DNA of 45,129 nt from Candidatus Eiseniibacteriota bacterium (GTDB lineage: Bacteria > Eisenbacteria > RBG-16-71-46 > SZUA-252), in assembly GCA_031370645.1 (NCBI GenBank), contig JANMQV010000112.1:1-45129 (forward strand). Reading direction: 5' to 3'. Under the pieces are notes generated by a model. It searched no databases and was not told where the DNA came from. It saw nothing but the letters and a program-made list of their open reading frames with translations. Both the position numbers and the translations under genes were made by a program. Shown in pieces: positions 17,476-27,507 of this stretch (position 1 is its first letter; each line of letters begins with the position of its first letter).

Positions 17476-18948
17476 GTGACCTCGACGACCCGTCCGACGC
17501 GCCGCATGACATCGATCTTGATGGACTGCGGCCTCGTTACGTCCGAGCAGATCGCGGAGGCCGTTTCGCGACAGATCGAGACCGGCCGCATGATCGGCGA
17601 GACACTTGTCGAGCTCGGCTTCACTACCGAGGAGAGCATTGTCTGGGCGCTCTCGAAGCAGCTGGGCATCCCCTACGCCGACGTTCAGCCGCAGGCGATC
17701 GACGGCGAGTTGGTGCGCCGCTTCCCCGAATCGCTCCTCCGCCGGACCCAGGCGGTGCCGCTCTTCCGTTCCGCCGAGGATGGAATCACCATCGCGTGCG
17801 CCGACCCCTCCGACACCGAAGCGATCGCGTCGCTCCAGGAGGCCGCGGAGAGCGCGGTCGCGTTCGTCATCGGAGGGCCGGCATCGATTCGCCGCGCGCT
17901 CGACACGATTCTTGGTCCCGCGCGTCCGAGCCCGGCCGAGGCGCGCGCCGCCATTCTCTCGAACGGTGAGGCGGTCCCGGCCAGCGACATCGTTTGGGAC
18001 CGCGGCGGGCGAAACTTCCTCCTCTTCCATCTTCATACCGCCCGCGAGCGAAAGGCGTCGGAAATCCATTTCATCCCGACGGTCTCGTCGCTCACGGTCT
18101 CCTATCGAACCGATGGCGGCCTGGAAGCGCAGGCGAGCGAACTCCCGGAAACCGCGCTCTACCTTCGCACGCGCCTGCATGCGCTGGGTATTCCCGATCT
18201 CGATAACGGCTCGTGCACGACCGCTCGCGGCTGCGTGACGGTGGATCTCGAGGGAGGGCGCATCGCGCTCGAAGTCTTCCATGCGCGCACCATCGCCGGC
18301 GTGGCGACCGTGCTTCGAATCAGCCCGCTGCCGCGTGAGGCTCCCGAACTCTCCTATCTGGGGCTCTCGCCGATCGGCGAGGCCGAGATTCGCGAGTTCG
18401 TGGACGGTCCGGAAGGAATCGTCCTCGTGAGCGGCCCGCCTCGTTCCGGCGGGTCGATGGTCTTGGCTTCGTTGACGGCGCTCGCCGCGCGGAACGAGCG
18501 ACGCGTCTTGGTCCTGGACGAGGGTGCGCTGGTCCCTTACCCGCACGACGCCGTACGCGTTCAGTCGGCCCACGGGGCTTCGAGCGGCGAGCGCTGGGAC
18601 ACGCTCGCTCTCGGCCTCGGTGCCGACGTGGTCGTTTTGGACGGCACGCTCCGCGGCGAGGCGATCACCGACGTCCTATCGGGGGTGACGGTGGGGCGGC
18701 TCGTCTTCGCTCGAACCGACTGGCTGGACGGCAAGGCGCTCCTCTCGTATCTCGCGTCGCGGCCCTCGGGTCGCGCCGTCTTGCGCGACCGGCCGTTCGC
18801 GCTCGTGATGCTCCCGAATTGTCGCCACGAGGGCGCTGCCGCTTGGGCTTCCCCCGAGGATGCGGAAGGCCGTGCCGGATGTCTCGAAGTGACGCTTCTG
18901 ACCGATGATGATCGCGACGCGCTCGCGCGCGGAGGAAAGACCAAATGA
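17476..18948 (+). CDS. GspE/PilB-like protein with an MshEN-type N-terminal domain and a degenerate ATPase domain
   Basis: GGAGG plus GTG 17476; 'GLVTSEQIAEAVSRQ...IGETLVELG...ALSKQLG', 'IACADPSD', 'ASEIHF'. The Walker A position reads GPPRSGGS (no Lys). Confidence 0.75.
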   Translation: MTSTTRPTRRMTSILMDCGLVTSEQIAEAVSRQIETGRMIGETLVELGFTTEESIVWALSKQLGIPYADVQPQAIDGELVRRFPESLLRRTQAVPLFRSAEDGITIACADPSDTEAIASLQEAAESAVAFVIGGPASIRRALDTILGPARPSPAEARAAILSNGEAVPASDIVWDRGGRNFLLFHLHTARERKASEIHFIPTVSSLTVSYRTDGGLEAQASELPETALYLRTRLHALGIPDLDNGSCTTARGCVTVDLEGGRIALEVFHARTIAGVATVLRISPLPREAPELSYLGLSPIGEAEIREFVDGPEGIVLVSGPPRSGGSMVLASLTALAARNERRVLVLDEGALVPYPHDAVRVQSAHGASSGERWDTLALGLGADVVVLDGTLRGEAITDVLSGVTVGRLVFARTDWLDGKALLSYLASRPSGRAVLRDRPFALVMLPNCRHEGAAAWASPEDAEGRAGCLEVTLLTDDDRDALARGGKTK

Positions 18949-20054
18949 CGCTCGATCTGCCGTCTTTGCTGAAGGCCACGCTCGAAGCCGGTGGTTCGGA
19001 CCTCCACCTGGCCACGGGGCAGCCGCCGCTGGTACGCCTTCGCGGGAAGATGATCCGCTCTCAGGCTCCGCCGCTCGCCGAGGCTCAGGCGCGCGATCTC
19101 GTCTACTCGGTCATGTCGGAAGAACAGCGCCGCTCCTTCGAGGATGGCGCCGAGATCGACTTCGCGTTCGAGCTCCCCGGCCTGGCCCGCTTCCGCGCCA
19201 ATGTGTTCCGCCAGCGCCACGGCGTCTCGGCCGTCTATCGCGTCATCATCTCGAGGATTCGAACGCTCGAAGAACTAGGCACGCCGCCGATTCTTCGCGA
19301 ATTGGCCATGAGGGACCGCGGGCTCGTTCTCGTGACCGGTCCGACGGGGAGCGGCAAGTCGACCACCCTGGCCGCCATGATCGACTACGTGAACGAGAAC
19401 CGACAGGGGCACATCATCACGATCGAGGACCCGATCGAGTTCGTGCACGACAGCAAGAAGTGCCTGGTCCAGCAGCGCGAGGTCGGCTCTCACACGGAGA
19501 GCTTCGCCGCGGCGCTTCGAAGCGCGCTCCGCGAGGATCCGGACATTCTCCTCGTCGGAGAGTTGCGCGATTTGGAAACGACGGCGCTCGCCATCACGGC
19601 GGCCGAAACGGGGCATCTCGTCTTCGGCACGCTCCATACCAATTCGGCGGCCAAGACCGTGGATCGCCTCATCGACATCTTCCCGGCCGACCGCCAGTCG
19701 CAGATCCGCACCATGCTGAGCGAGTCGCTCGAGGGGGTGATCGCGCAGACGCTCCTCCCCACCGCCGACGGCAAGGGGCGCGCGGCCGCGCTGGAGGTTT
19801 TGGTCGGAGTTCCGGCGCTTCGGAATCTTATTCGGGAAGGAAAGACGACGCAGATCGCGAGCGTCATGCAGGTCGGGTCGCAGCACGGCATGCAGACGCT
19901 CGATCAGGCGATCATGGAGCTCTTCGCCTCGGGAAAGATCTCCCGCGAGGAGGCGATGCTCCACACGAATAATCCGCGCTTGGTGGAGCAGCCATCCGCC
20001 GGCGCCGCGGGCGCGCCCGGGCGGCACGCCGGGAAGCTGGTCGTCCGGCCGTAG
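18945..20054 (+). CDS. pilT: Type IV pilus retraction ATPase
   Basis: 'GSDLHL', 'RFRANVF', GPTGSGKST, 'TIEDPIEF', 'ALREDPDILLVGELRD', 'TGHLVFGTLHT', 'ALRNLIRE', 'GMQTLDQ'. Confidence 0.95.
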   Translation: MTLDLPSLLKATLEAGGSDLHLATGQPPLVRLRGKMIRSQAPPLAEAQARDLVYSVMSEEQRRSFEDGAEIDFAFELPGLARFRANVFRQRHGVSAVYRVIISRIRTLEELGTPPILRELAMRDRGLVLVTGPTGSGKSTTLAAMIDYVNENRQGHIITIEDPIEFVHDSKKCLVQQREVGSHTESFAAALRSALREDPDILLVGELRDLETTALAITAAETGHLVFGTLHTNSAAKTVDRLIDIFPADRQSQIRTMLSESLEGVIAQTLLPTADGKGRAAALEVLVGVPALRNLIREGKTTQIASVMQVGSQHGMQTLDQAIMELFASGKISREEAMLHTNNPRLVEQPSAGAAGAPGRHAGKLVVRP

Positions 20055-20071
20055 CAGGGGGGACCGCATCT

Positions 20072-20112
20072 GGAGCGGGCCGGACGCGCCCATCGCGTCC
20101 GCGCCCTGCTCC
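20072..20112. terminator. GC-rich hairpin between the convergent pilT and cupin genes
   Basis: ggagcgggccggacgcg-cccat-cgcgtccgcgccctgctcc inverted repeat; no U-tract. Confidence 0.4.
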
Positions 20113-20124
20113 GGGGGATTCATC

Positions 20125-20532
20125 TCACGCCGGATCCCCGGTCGGCACGATTCCCGCCCCTTCCACCATCAAGATGACCGTTCGCTTCGGCGCTCGCGGC
20201 CGATGCCGCACCCCCTTCGGCACCACGAATCCCTGTCCCGGCCCAAGCGTGACCGAGCGCGATTCGAGATCGATGATCCACTCCCCCTCCACGACGAAGA
20301 AGAATTCGTCCTCGTTGTCGTGCTGGTGCCAGTGGTACTCGCCCTGCACGACTCCGAGGCGAACGACCGAATCGTTCACCTTGCAGAGCGTCTGGTTCCA
20401 CCAGGGGTGAGTGCACGCGGCGACAAGCGCCGGGACATCGATCGTCTCGAGCGACTCGTGCAGGATGTTGAGATGCGTGTCGTACGGGTGGTCGGGCTGT
20501 GGAGCGGCGGAAGATGGCTTCGCTTCGTTCAT
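20125..20532 (-). CDS. Cupin domain protein
   Basis: 'GEYHWHQHDNEDEFFFVVEG' and 'VVPKGVRHRP' cupin motifs; ATG 20532 with GGAGG RBS. Confidence 0.9.
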   Translation of the reverse strand: MNEAKPSSAAPQPDHPYDTHLNILHESLETIDVPALVAACTHPWWNQTLCKVNDSVVRLGVVQGEYHWHQHDNEDEFFFVVEGEWIIDLESRSVTLGPGQGFVVPKGVRHRPRAPKRTVILMVEGAGIVPTGDPA

Positions 20533-20643
20533 GGGCCTCCTCGATACTTGGCGCGGCTTACATGTAGGATAGCGCTTCGGGGGAGCGCGCCAAACGTCCG
20601 GCACACCCCTTGACCGACCTTGCGGGGATGATACACTTCCCGC

Positions 20644-21399
20644 ATGAGGCTCTTCTCGCTCCTGCTCCTCGCCCTCCTCGCCTCGGCCCCAGCATTCGCC
20701 GGCACCGGCTCCGAACCGGGATCCGACGGTTCCGCCACCCAGATTCCCCTGATCCACCTCGGCGAGGCTCCGCCGCCGCCGCCCGCCGTCGACCCTTCCC
20801 GCGTGAACGCCGTCGAGCGTTACCTCGCCGCGCGTCAGACGGGAAGCGTCGCCCGTACCAAGGGACGTATGGCGAAACTTCCAGCCATGGCTCCGAGGAG
20901 CGCCACGGCCGAGGAGCTCTACGGCCCGAAGGAAGCACACCTCATCGCCTTCGACTTCAAGGACGAGAGCGTCGAAGCATCGGGCGCCGGCCGCTTTCAG
21001 GTAACGGCGTTCCTTCTCTTCGCCGACGAAACGGGACAGGTCGTGGAGAGCCGCGACGAGGCGCTCGTCTTCACCGGCAAGAGCGGCGCCTGGAGCTGCG
21101 CCTCCCGTCAGACCACCGCGTCGATGTCCTGGAGCAGCGACGGCGTCTTCGATTCGGCCGCGGAGCTCGGCGTCTCCGAGGAGCTTCGCCGGGCCGAAAC
21201 ACATCTCCGCGATTGGACCATCGGCCGGCGCCAAGCGCTTGCCTACTCCGTCGCCGACGTCGCGAAGGAGCGTGACGGACGCGTCGTGGTTCAGTGCCTC
21301 CGCTTCACCGCCGATCCCGGCAAGCGGGGCTTCGATGTGGACAGCGCCACCGTCGTGTTGACGCGCGACGGCGGAACGCTCCGCGTCGAGCCCAACTAG
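20644..21399 (+). CDS. Secreted hypothetical protein
   Basis: Sec signal peptide (AFA cleavage), host-like codon usage. Confidence 0.65.
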   Translation: MRLFSLLLLALLASAPAFAGTGSEPGSDGSATQIPLIHLGEAPPPPPAVDPSRVNAVERYLAARQTGSVARTKGRMAKLPAMAPRSATAEELYGPKEAHLIAFDFKDESVEASGAGRFQVTAFLLFADETGQVVESRDEALVFTGKSGAWSCASRQTTASMSWSSDGVFDSAAELGVSEELRRAETHLRDWTIGRRQALAYSVADVAKERDGRVVVQCLRFTADPGKRGFDVDSATVVLTRDGGTLRVEPN

Positions 21400-21421
21400 T
21401 ACTCCCGAATCTCCACCCCTC

Positions 21422-22108
21422 ATGCGACTCGTTCTCTTCGACATCGATGGCACCCTCCTTCGTGAAGGCGTCGCGCCCAAGATCGCGTTCGCTCGCGCCC
21501 TTCGCGAGACGTATTCCACGGTCGGCCCGGTCGGGACGTTTCGCTTCGCGGGCATGACCTATCCGGAGTGCGTGACCGAGTTGATGCGGCTCGCGGGGGT
21601 CGCCGAAGACGTCATCCGTCAGCGTCGCGACGAATGCCTCCGCCGCTACGTGGAGCACTTGGAATTCGAGATGCCGAATCACGACGGCGCGCGACTTTTT
21701 CCCGGCGTGCGGGAGCTCCTGGAACGCTTGAACAAGCTGGACGACGTGCTGGTCGGGCTCCTCACCGGGAATGTCCTCCGCGGCGCCCAATTGAAACTGC
21801 AGCGGTGGAATCTGGAACCCTATTTCCGATTCGGCGCCTACGGCGACGATCACGAGGATCGGTCCGTGCTGGCGGCCATCGCCTTGCAGAAGGCGCGCGC
21901 GCTCATGGGACGCGACTTCTCGGGCGCCGACACGACGGTAGTGGGCGACACCCCGAAGGACATTTCTTGCGCGCGGGCGATCGGCGCGCGGGTCGTGGCC
22001 GTCGCCACGGGGCAGGTGACGCGCCAGGAACTGGCCGATCACGCTCCCGACGTTCTCCTCGACTCGTTCGAGAATCACGAAGCCGCGCTCCGAGCCATCT
22101 TTCCCTAG
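21422..22108 (+). CDS. HAD family hydrolase (phosphoglycolate phosphatase-like)
   Basis: 'LFDIDGTLL', 'LLTGN', 'VVGDTPKDI'. Confidence 0.9.
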   Translation: MRLVLFDIDGTLLREGVAPKIAFARALRETYSTVGPVGTFRFAGMTYPECVTELMRLAGVAEDVIRQRRDECLRRYVEHLEFEMPNHDGARLFPGVRELLERLNKLDDVLVGLLTGNVLRGAQLKLQRWNLEPYFRFGAYGDDHEDRSVLAAIALQKARALMGRDFSGADTTVVGDTPKDISCARAIGARVVAVATGQVTRQELADHAPDVLLDSFENHEAALRAIFP

Positions 22109-22159
22109 TCGTTCGCCGGCGCGCTCCAGATTCAACCCCCCGGAGCCGATGAATCGCTC

Positions 22160-24688
22160 ATGACCGGAGGCCGGCGTCACCCCCCATTCGCGATCGTGGC
22201 GGCCGTCGGCATCTCCGTCGCCGCGTTACTGACGCTCCGTCCGGGCGGGAGCGCATTCGCTTCGGCTACGGCGGCCGCGGCCGAACGGCCGCCGGGCGCC
22301 GATCCCACCCTCTGGTCCACGCTTCGCGCGACCCCGGAATCGACGCCTCGAACGGCCCCGTACATCCTCGCCCGCGGCGATCGGTTCTCGCTCGTTCGCC
22401 CCCGCGGCGCGGCGCGCCGAGGGCGTCCACGCGCCGACTCGGCGAGCGCGATCTTCTTTCGTGGCGTAAACCTCGGGGCGGGCACCCCCGGCCATTTCCC
22501 CGGCGAGTTCGCCATCGGCTACGAGGACTACCGCCGGTGGATACGCTTCGCGCGGGAACTCCACGCGAACGCCATTCGTGTCTACGCGCTCCACCCACCC
22601 GATTTCTACCGCGCGCTCCGCGCGGAAAACGAGGCGCACCCGGACGCGCCGCTCTGGCTTTTCCAAGAGGTCTGGACGGAACTGCCGGAGTCGAACAACT
22701 TCTGGACTCCGTCATACCGGCGCGCGTTCGAACGGGAAATCCGGATGACGATCGACGCGCTCCACGGAAACGCCGTCGTTAAAGCGCGGCCCGGCCATGC
22801 CGCCGGGCGCTACGAGCACGACGTCTCCCCTTGGCTGGCGGGCTGGCTCTTGGGGCGCGAGTGGGAGCCGTACGCCGTGCGCGAGACGGAGCGCTTGAAT
22901 CCGGACTCGACTCGCTACCGCGGCGCGATGGTCCAGGTGGAACGCGGAACCGCCATGGAGTGCTGGCTCGGACGCGTCTGCGATGTCGCCGCGCGCTACG
23001 AGAAGCGGAACTATGGGCTCGCGCGAGCGGTCTCCTTCGTGAACTGGCCGACGCTCGACCCCATGCGGCATCCGACCGAGACCGAACGGGGTGGCGCCGA
23101 GGCCGAACACGACGAGGACGCCTACAGTGTCGATCCGCTTCGCATCCAGTCCGTCGCTACGCCCTCGCGAACTTCGGGGTTCCTCGGCACGTTCGCGAAC
23201 TATCACGCCTATCCCTATTATCCCGACTTTCTGAATCTCGACCCGGGTTACGCCGCGTTCCGCGACCGGCACGGCGCTTGTAACTACGCAGGCTACTTGG
23301 CTGATCTAAAGGCGCACACGCGCGGCATGCCGCTCCTGATCGGAGAGTTCGGAGTCCCGAACAGCCGCGGCGTGGCGCATCTCCATCCGCAGGGGATCGA
23401 TCACGGCGGCGCGTCGGAGGTGGAGCAGGGGCGCCGCGACGTGCGGCTCCTGGAGGACATCGCCGGCGCGGGCGCGTCGGGCTCGCTTCTCTTCGCGATC
23501 TTCGACGAATGGTTCAAGGTGAACTGGATGGTGCAGAAGGGGGAGTGGCCGCGCGATCGGGATCCGCTCTGGCACAACCTCCTCGATCCGGAAGAGTGCT
23601 ACGGCCTCATCGGCTTCGACCCACCGCCTGCCATTCGAATCGACGGAGACTTCTCGGACTGGGCCTCGATCTCACGGTACGCCTCCGCCGACTCCTCGAA
23701 GACGGATGCCCCGCGTTTCCTTCGCGCCCTCTCCGCGACGTCCGACCAGACGCGCTTCTATCTTCGCCTCGAACTCGATCCGCGATCGGCTTCGCGCGAC
23801 ATTCGGTCGATCGGGGTGGCGTTCGACGTTCTCGACCCCGCTCGTGGCGACCGGCGACTTCCGGAACCGCTTCGCGCCCGCTGGTCGCGCGGCGCCGAGT
23901 ACGTTCTCTTGATCGAGCCGGCGCTCGGCTCGAACCAGAATCGAGATCGCCGAGCCGCGCTCTTCTCCGACGCCGCCACGCGCTATTCGGAGTACGCGCG
24001 CGTCCGACGCGGCGGCGAAGCCGGGTTCCTGCGCACGCCGTACCGCCCGGTGGCGAATGACGACGGCCGCTACCTGCCGCTTTTGGTCGAGACGAACCGG
24101 GAGCGTGTCTCCCGGAGCGGGCAGTTCTACCCGGCGCTCTATCGAAACGCGGGGCGGCTCGAGTACGGGCGCGAACCGGCTCCGGAAGTCGCGTGGCCGG
24201 GAGCCGCGCCGACCCAGGCGTACGACCCGCACGCCGAGTGGCGGATGGACGACGCGCGCCGGAACATCGAGATCGCGATACCGTGGGGACTCCTCGGCGT
24301 CGGCGATCCCTCGAGTCACGCCGTCATCGACGACCGCGATGGCACGCCGCAGATCGAGACCACGCGAACGCCCGGAATCGCGCTCCTGTCATGGGCCACC
24401 ACCGCGCCCGGAGCGCGCGCCGACTCACTCGGACCCGTGGCGGAGGGGGCGCGTGAGGCGTCGCCGCGGGATCTTCAGTTTCTTGGCCCCATAGGAACCG
24501 TGCAACGTATTGATGGACAATCGGTTACAATATCGACCCCCGGCGACAAGGTGGTGGTGTGGAACGGATGGGAAACGCCGATAACTACTGAGCGTGTCAA
24601 ACGTTCGGCCCGGTTCGTCCGGGAAGCCTTCGAGGGAATGGAAGCCCGTGAACAGAAAGCAGACTCGAACGTGGATGAAGGCCCGTAA
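22160..24688 (+). CDS. Exported glycoside hydrolase-like protein (clan GH-A TIM barrel plus a C-terminal CBM9/DOMON-like region)
   Basis: 'GVNLG', 'NAIRVY', 'GREWEP' (candidate acid/base Glu), 'YHAYPYYPDF', 'IGEFG' (candidate nucleophile Glu), 'IDGDFSDW', 'EIAIPWGLL'. Confidence 0.7.
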   Translation: MTGGRRHPPFAIVAAVGISVAALLTLRPGGSAFASATAAAAERPPGADPTLWSTLRATPESTPRTAPYILARGDRFSLVRPRGAARRGRPRADSASAIFFRGVNLGAGTPGHFPGEFAIGYEDYRRWIRFARELHANAIRVYALHPPDFYRALRAENEAHPDAPLWLFQEVWTELPESNNFWTPSYRRAFEREIRMTIDALHGNAVVKARPGHAAGRYEHDVSPWLAGWLLGREWEPYAVRETERLNPDSTRYRGAMVQVERGTAMECWLGRVCDVAARYEKRNYGLARAVSFVNWPTLDPMRHPTETERGGAEAEHDEDAYSVDPLRIQSVATPSRTSGFLGTFANYHAYPYYPDFLNLDPGYAAFRDRHGACNYAGYLADLKAHTRGMPLLIGEFGVPNSRGVAHLHPQGIDHGGASEVEQGRRDVRLLEDIAGAGASGSLLFAIFDEWFKVNWMVQKGEWPRDRDPLWHNLLDPEECYGLIGFDPPPAIRIDGDFSDWASISRYASADSSKTDAPRFLRALSATSDQTRFYLRLELDPRSASRDIRSIGVAFDVLDPARGDRRLPEPLRARWSRGAEYVLLIEPALGSNQNRDRRAALFSDAATRYSEYARVRRGGEAGFLRTPYRPVANDDGRYLPLLVETNRERVSRSGQFYPALYRNAGRLEYGREPAPEVAWPGAAPTQAYDPHAEWRMDDARRNIEIAIPWGLLGVGDPSSHAVIDDRDGTPQIETTRTPGIALLSWATTAPGARADSLGPVAEGAREASPRDLQFLGPIGTVQRIDGQSVTISTPGDKVVVWNGWETPITTERVKRSARFVREAFEGMEAREQKADSNVDEGP

Positions 24689-26417
24689 GCGCCGGGCTCG
24701 CCGCGACCTCGCCCCAGGACGGACCCGCGCGGTTGTCCTCTTCATTTCTGTCGTTCTCCTCCTCGTCGCCAAATTCGCCTTTAGCGCGGAAGCATGGCCC
24801 GAAGATGATTCGGCCGCCGATTCCACTGCCGGGCATCCCAGCACAGGCGCCGCGCGAACGGGTGGAGCGAAATCCGCAACAAAGCAGCCCGTGCGATTCA
24901 GCGTCCCGGCACCCGCGGACTCCCTGATTCGCGCCGCGCGCGTCGCGGCGGATGACAAACGCTTCGACGCCGCGGCCGAAGACCTTCGCCGCGCACTCGT
25001 GCTTCGTCCCGGCGACAAGACGGCGTGGTCGCTCCTCGCGCGCGTTCAATCGTGGGACCGAAAGTTCGACGCCTCTCTCGCCACCTACCGTGCACTTCTC
25101 ACCGCGTATCCCGACGACGCGTTCGACCGCGCCGGATATGCGCGCGTTCTCTCCTGGTCGGGGCAGTACGACGAATCAATCGTCGAATTTCGCCGGGCGG
25201 CGGGAGCCGACTCGACGAACCTCGAGACGCGCCTCGGCCTCGCGCGCGTCCGTTCCTGGGCGGGCGATCTCCCGGGTGCCGCGATCGAGTACGGGCGGAT
25301 CCTCCGCGCGAATCCGTCCTACGGCGACGCATGGCTCGGCAGGGCGACGATCGAACGCTGGCGCGGCGCGGCGACCGCGGCGGACCGCGACGCCGCGAAG
25401 GCCGCCGCGCTCGGAGCCGACGCCGAGGCGCTGGCGGAAGAGCGGCAGGCGATCGATCGAGCGCTCGCGCCGACGACCGCGTTCGGCGTGACGACCTCGC
25501 ACGAGCGGCAGCGAGCGAGCGGAGCGCCCGACTTCACGATCGAGGAATCGGGCCCGTTCGGCGCGGCGCGCGCCACGCTCGGCCGGACGGTCGGCGTGGG
25601 AGCGCGGGTCGCGGAGACGCGGCTCTTCGAGCGGAACAGTCGTCCGGCCGCGGGCGATACGACACTCAACTACGATCTCGACAGCCGGAGCCTCCGCCTC
25701 GACGCGTCGTTCCTCCGCTCCTACCCCGTTCAGTTCTCCGCGGGCGGCGAGTGGCGGAATTTCGACACGCGAAGCGCCAAGGTGCTCTATCCGCGAACCG
25801 GCGGCCACTCCTTTTCCGGATGGAACGCTCGTGTCTGGGGCTACGCGGGGCGCTGGACCCCCGGCCTCACCGCGCGACGGACGTTTCTCGCGCTCAAGGA
25901 ATGGCATGCGCCGACGGGAATGCTCCGCTTCGACCCCGGCCATCTAACCGACGTCGAAGGGACGCTCGGCTACCAGTGGAACGCGCGTGGAAGCGCATCG
26001 CTCTCCGGCACGCGCGGCGAAACTTCCGATGACAACCGGCGCTGGCGCGGCGGCGGCACGGTCGCCTACCGCGTCCACATCGGGCGCCCCAGTCTCCGCC
26101 TCGACTACGGCCTGACGTTCGCCGATTGGGACCGCCGCTCCCCCTCGTACTTCACGCCGCTCGCGAGCACGCGTCACGCCGGCGGGCTCTCGCTGAGCGG
26201 TTACGCGGAGCCGGGGGCCGTGGAATACGGCGCGCGTTACGAACTGTCGCACCTCGCCTCTTCGAATTTCGACGACATCGTGGCGCATTCGTTCAGCGGC
26301 TATTTGAACGGCACGCTCGCGGACCGCTTCCCGCTCGGTCTGGAAGCGTCCTACTCCGTCGACAACAACGACTACGAGACCTGGTACGTCGGGGCCACGG
26401 CCTCGGCTCGATGGTGA
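24675..26417 (+). CDS. TPR-repeat protein with a C-terminal outer-membrane beta-barrel (PgaA/YaiO-like architecture)
   Basis: Signal-like N-terminus; repeated 'ARVxSW' TPRs; amphipathic strands 'SPSYFTP'; terminal Trp (ASARW). Confidence 0.7.
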   Translation: MKARKRRARRDLAPGRTRAVVLFISVVLLLVAKFAFSAEAWPEDDSAADSTAGHPSTGAARTGGAKSATKQPVRFSVPAPADSLIRAARVAADDKRFDAAAEDLRRALVLRPGDKTAWSLLARVQSWDRKFDASLATYRALLTAYPDDAFDRAGYARVLSWSGQYDESIVEFRRAAGADSTNLETRLGLARVRSWAGDLPGAAIEYGRILRANPSYGDAWLGRATIERWRGAATAADRDAAKAAALGADAEALAEERQAIDRALAPTTAFGVTTSHERQRASGAPDFTIEESGPFGAARATLGRTVGVGARVAETRLFERNSRPAAGDTTLNYDLDSRSLRLDASFLRSYPVQFSAGGEWRNFDTRSAKVLYPRTGGHSFSGWNARVWGYAGRWTPGLTARRTFLALKEWHAPTGMLRFDPGHLTDVEGTLGYQWNARGSASLSGTRGETSDDNRRWRGGGTVAYRVHIGRPSLRLDYGLTFADWDRRSPSYFTPLASTRHAGGLSLSGYAEPGAVEYGARYELSHLASSNFDDIVAHSFSGYLNGTLADRFPLGLEASYSVDNNDYETWYVGATASARW

Positions 26418-26439
26418 CCCGGACCGCCCGCCCGCGACC

Positions 26440-27507
26440 ATGATCGACTACAACGTCCTCCTGATCACGCTCGGCATCCTCCTCGGCATCGTCATTCTGA
26501 CGACCGCGGCCGCCATCGTGAACAAGATCCTCTCCCTACGCGAGGCGAACACGCGGCAGGCCACGATGGAGCGGCTCCGCCAGGCGTTCCTTCTCCTGAA
26601 CGATCCGCGCGAACGTCCGGCCGCGAACCGGACCATCGCCGACATTCTGCAAGGGCGCTGGGGCGAGCTGGCCGCGGAGGGGGTGGCGCAGTTGGATCTC
26701 TCGCTCCGCCTCGACGTCGTTCGCGCGGCGGAGGAGCTTGGGGTGGTGGCGCGCTATCTGCGTGACGCGAAGAGTTCGATGAAGTGGACGCGGGCGCGGG
26801 CGCTTCGAATCCTGGGCGAGTTGAAGGTGCCGGTCTCGGTGCCGACCCTCTTGCAGGCGCTCGAAGATCGCGACTCCGACGTCCGAAACGTGGCGGCGCG
26901 TTCCCTCGGGCGGATGAAGCTCCAAGCCGCGGAAGAGGCGCTCGTCTCGCTACTCGGGAAACACGATCAGGCGGTTTCGGCGCGCATCGCGGCCATCTGT
27001 ATCGAAATGGGACCCCGCACGGCACCGCTCCTCATCCGGTCGCTCCGCGACGGATCCCCGAAGGCGCGATTCTGGTCCGCGCGCATTCTCGGCGAGATCC
27101 GCGACCCGCGCGCCGTTCGCTCGCTCGGCGACGCCCTCCTCGATCCCGAGGCGGATGTCCGGTCGGCTTCGACCTGGGCGCTCGGGCAGATCGGCGAGCG
27201 TGCGACAGGGCCCCTCGTCGAACCGCTCCTCCGCGATCCGCTTTGGTACGTCCGCGCGCACGCCGCGGAGTCGCTCGGGAAGTTGGGGGATGGAGCCTAC
27301 GCTCCGGCTCTGGGCGACGCGCTCCGAGATCATTCGTGGTGGGTGCGGAAAAACGCCCTCGACGCCCTGGTTCGGCTGGGCGATCCGGCGAAGCCTGTTC
27401 TCTTGAAGACGCTCCAGGGTGACGACCGCTTCGCGCGGGAGTGCGCGGTCGAGGCCCTCGTCTCGCTCGGCGTCCCGGTCCCCGCGTTGACCGGAGGCCG
27501 CCCGTGA
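26440..27507 (+). CDS. Membrane-anchored HEAT-repeat protein
   Basis: N-terminal TM; repeated 'L.D.D..VR..AA.ALG' HEAT/PBS-lyase units. Confidence 0.88.
   Translation: MIDYNVLLITLGILLGIVILTTAAAIVNKILSLREANTRQATMERLRQAFLLLNDPRERPAANRTIADILQGRWGELAAEGVAQLDLSLRLDVVRAAEELGVVARYLRDAKSSMKWTRARALRILGELKVPVSVPTLLQALEDRDSDVRNVAARSLGRMKLQAAEEALVSLLGKHDQAVSARIAAICIEMGPRTAPLLIRSLRDGSPKARFWSARILGEIRDPRAVRSLGDALLDPEADVRSASTWALGQIGERATGPLVEPLLRDPLWYVRAHAAESLGKLGDGAYAPALGDALRDHSWWVRKNALDALVRLGDPAKPVLLKTLQGDDRFARECAVEALVSLGVPVPALTGGRP

Noticed and set aside
20533-21555. N-terminal extension making the cupin a 476-aa protein
   Set aside because: The extension is antisense to the 20644-21399 gene; the real start is ATG 20532 with a GGAGG RBS.
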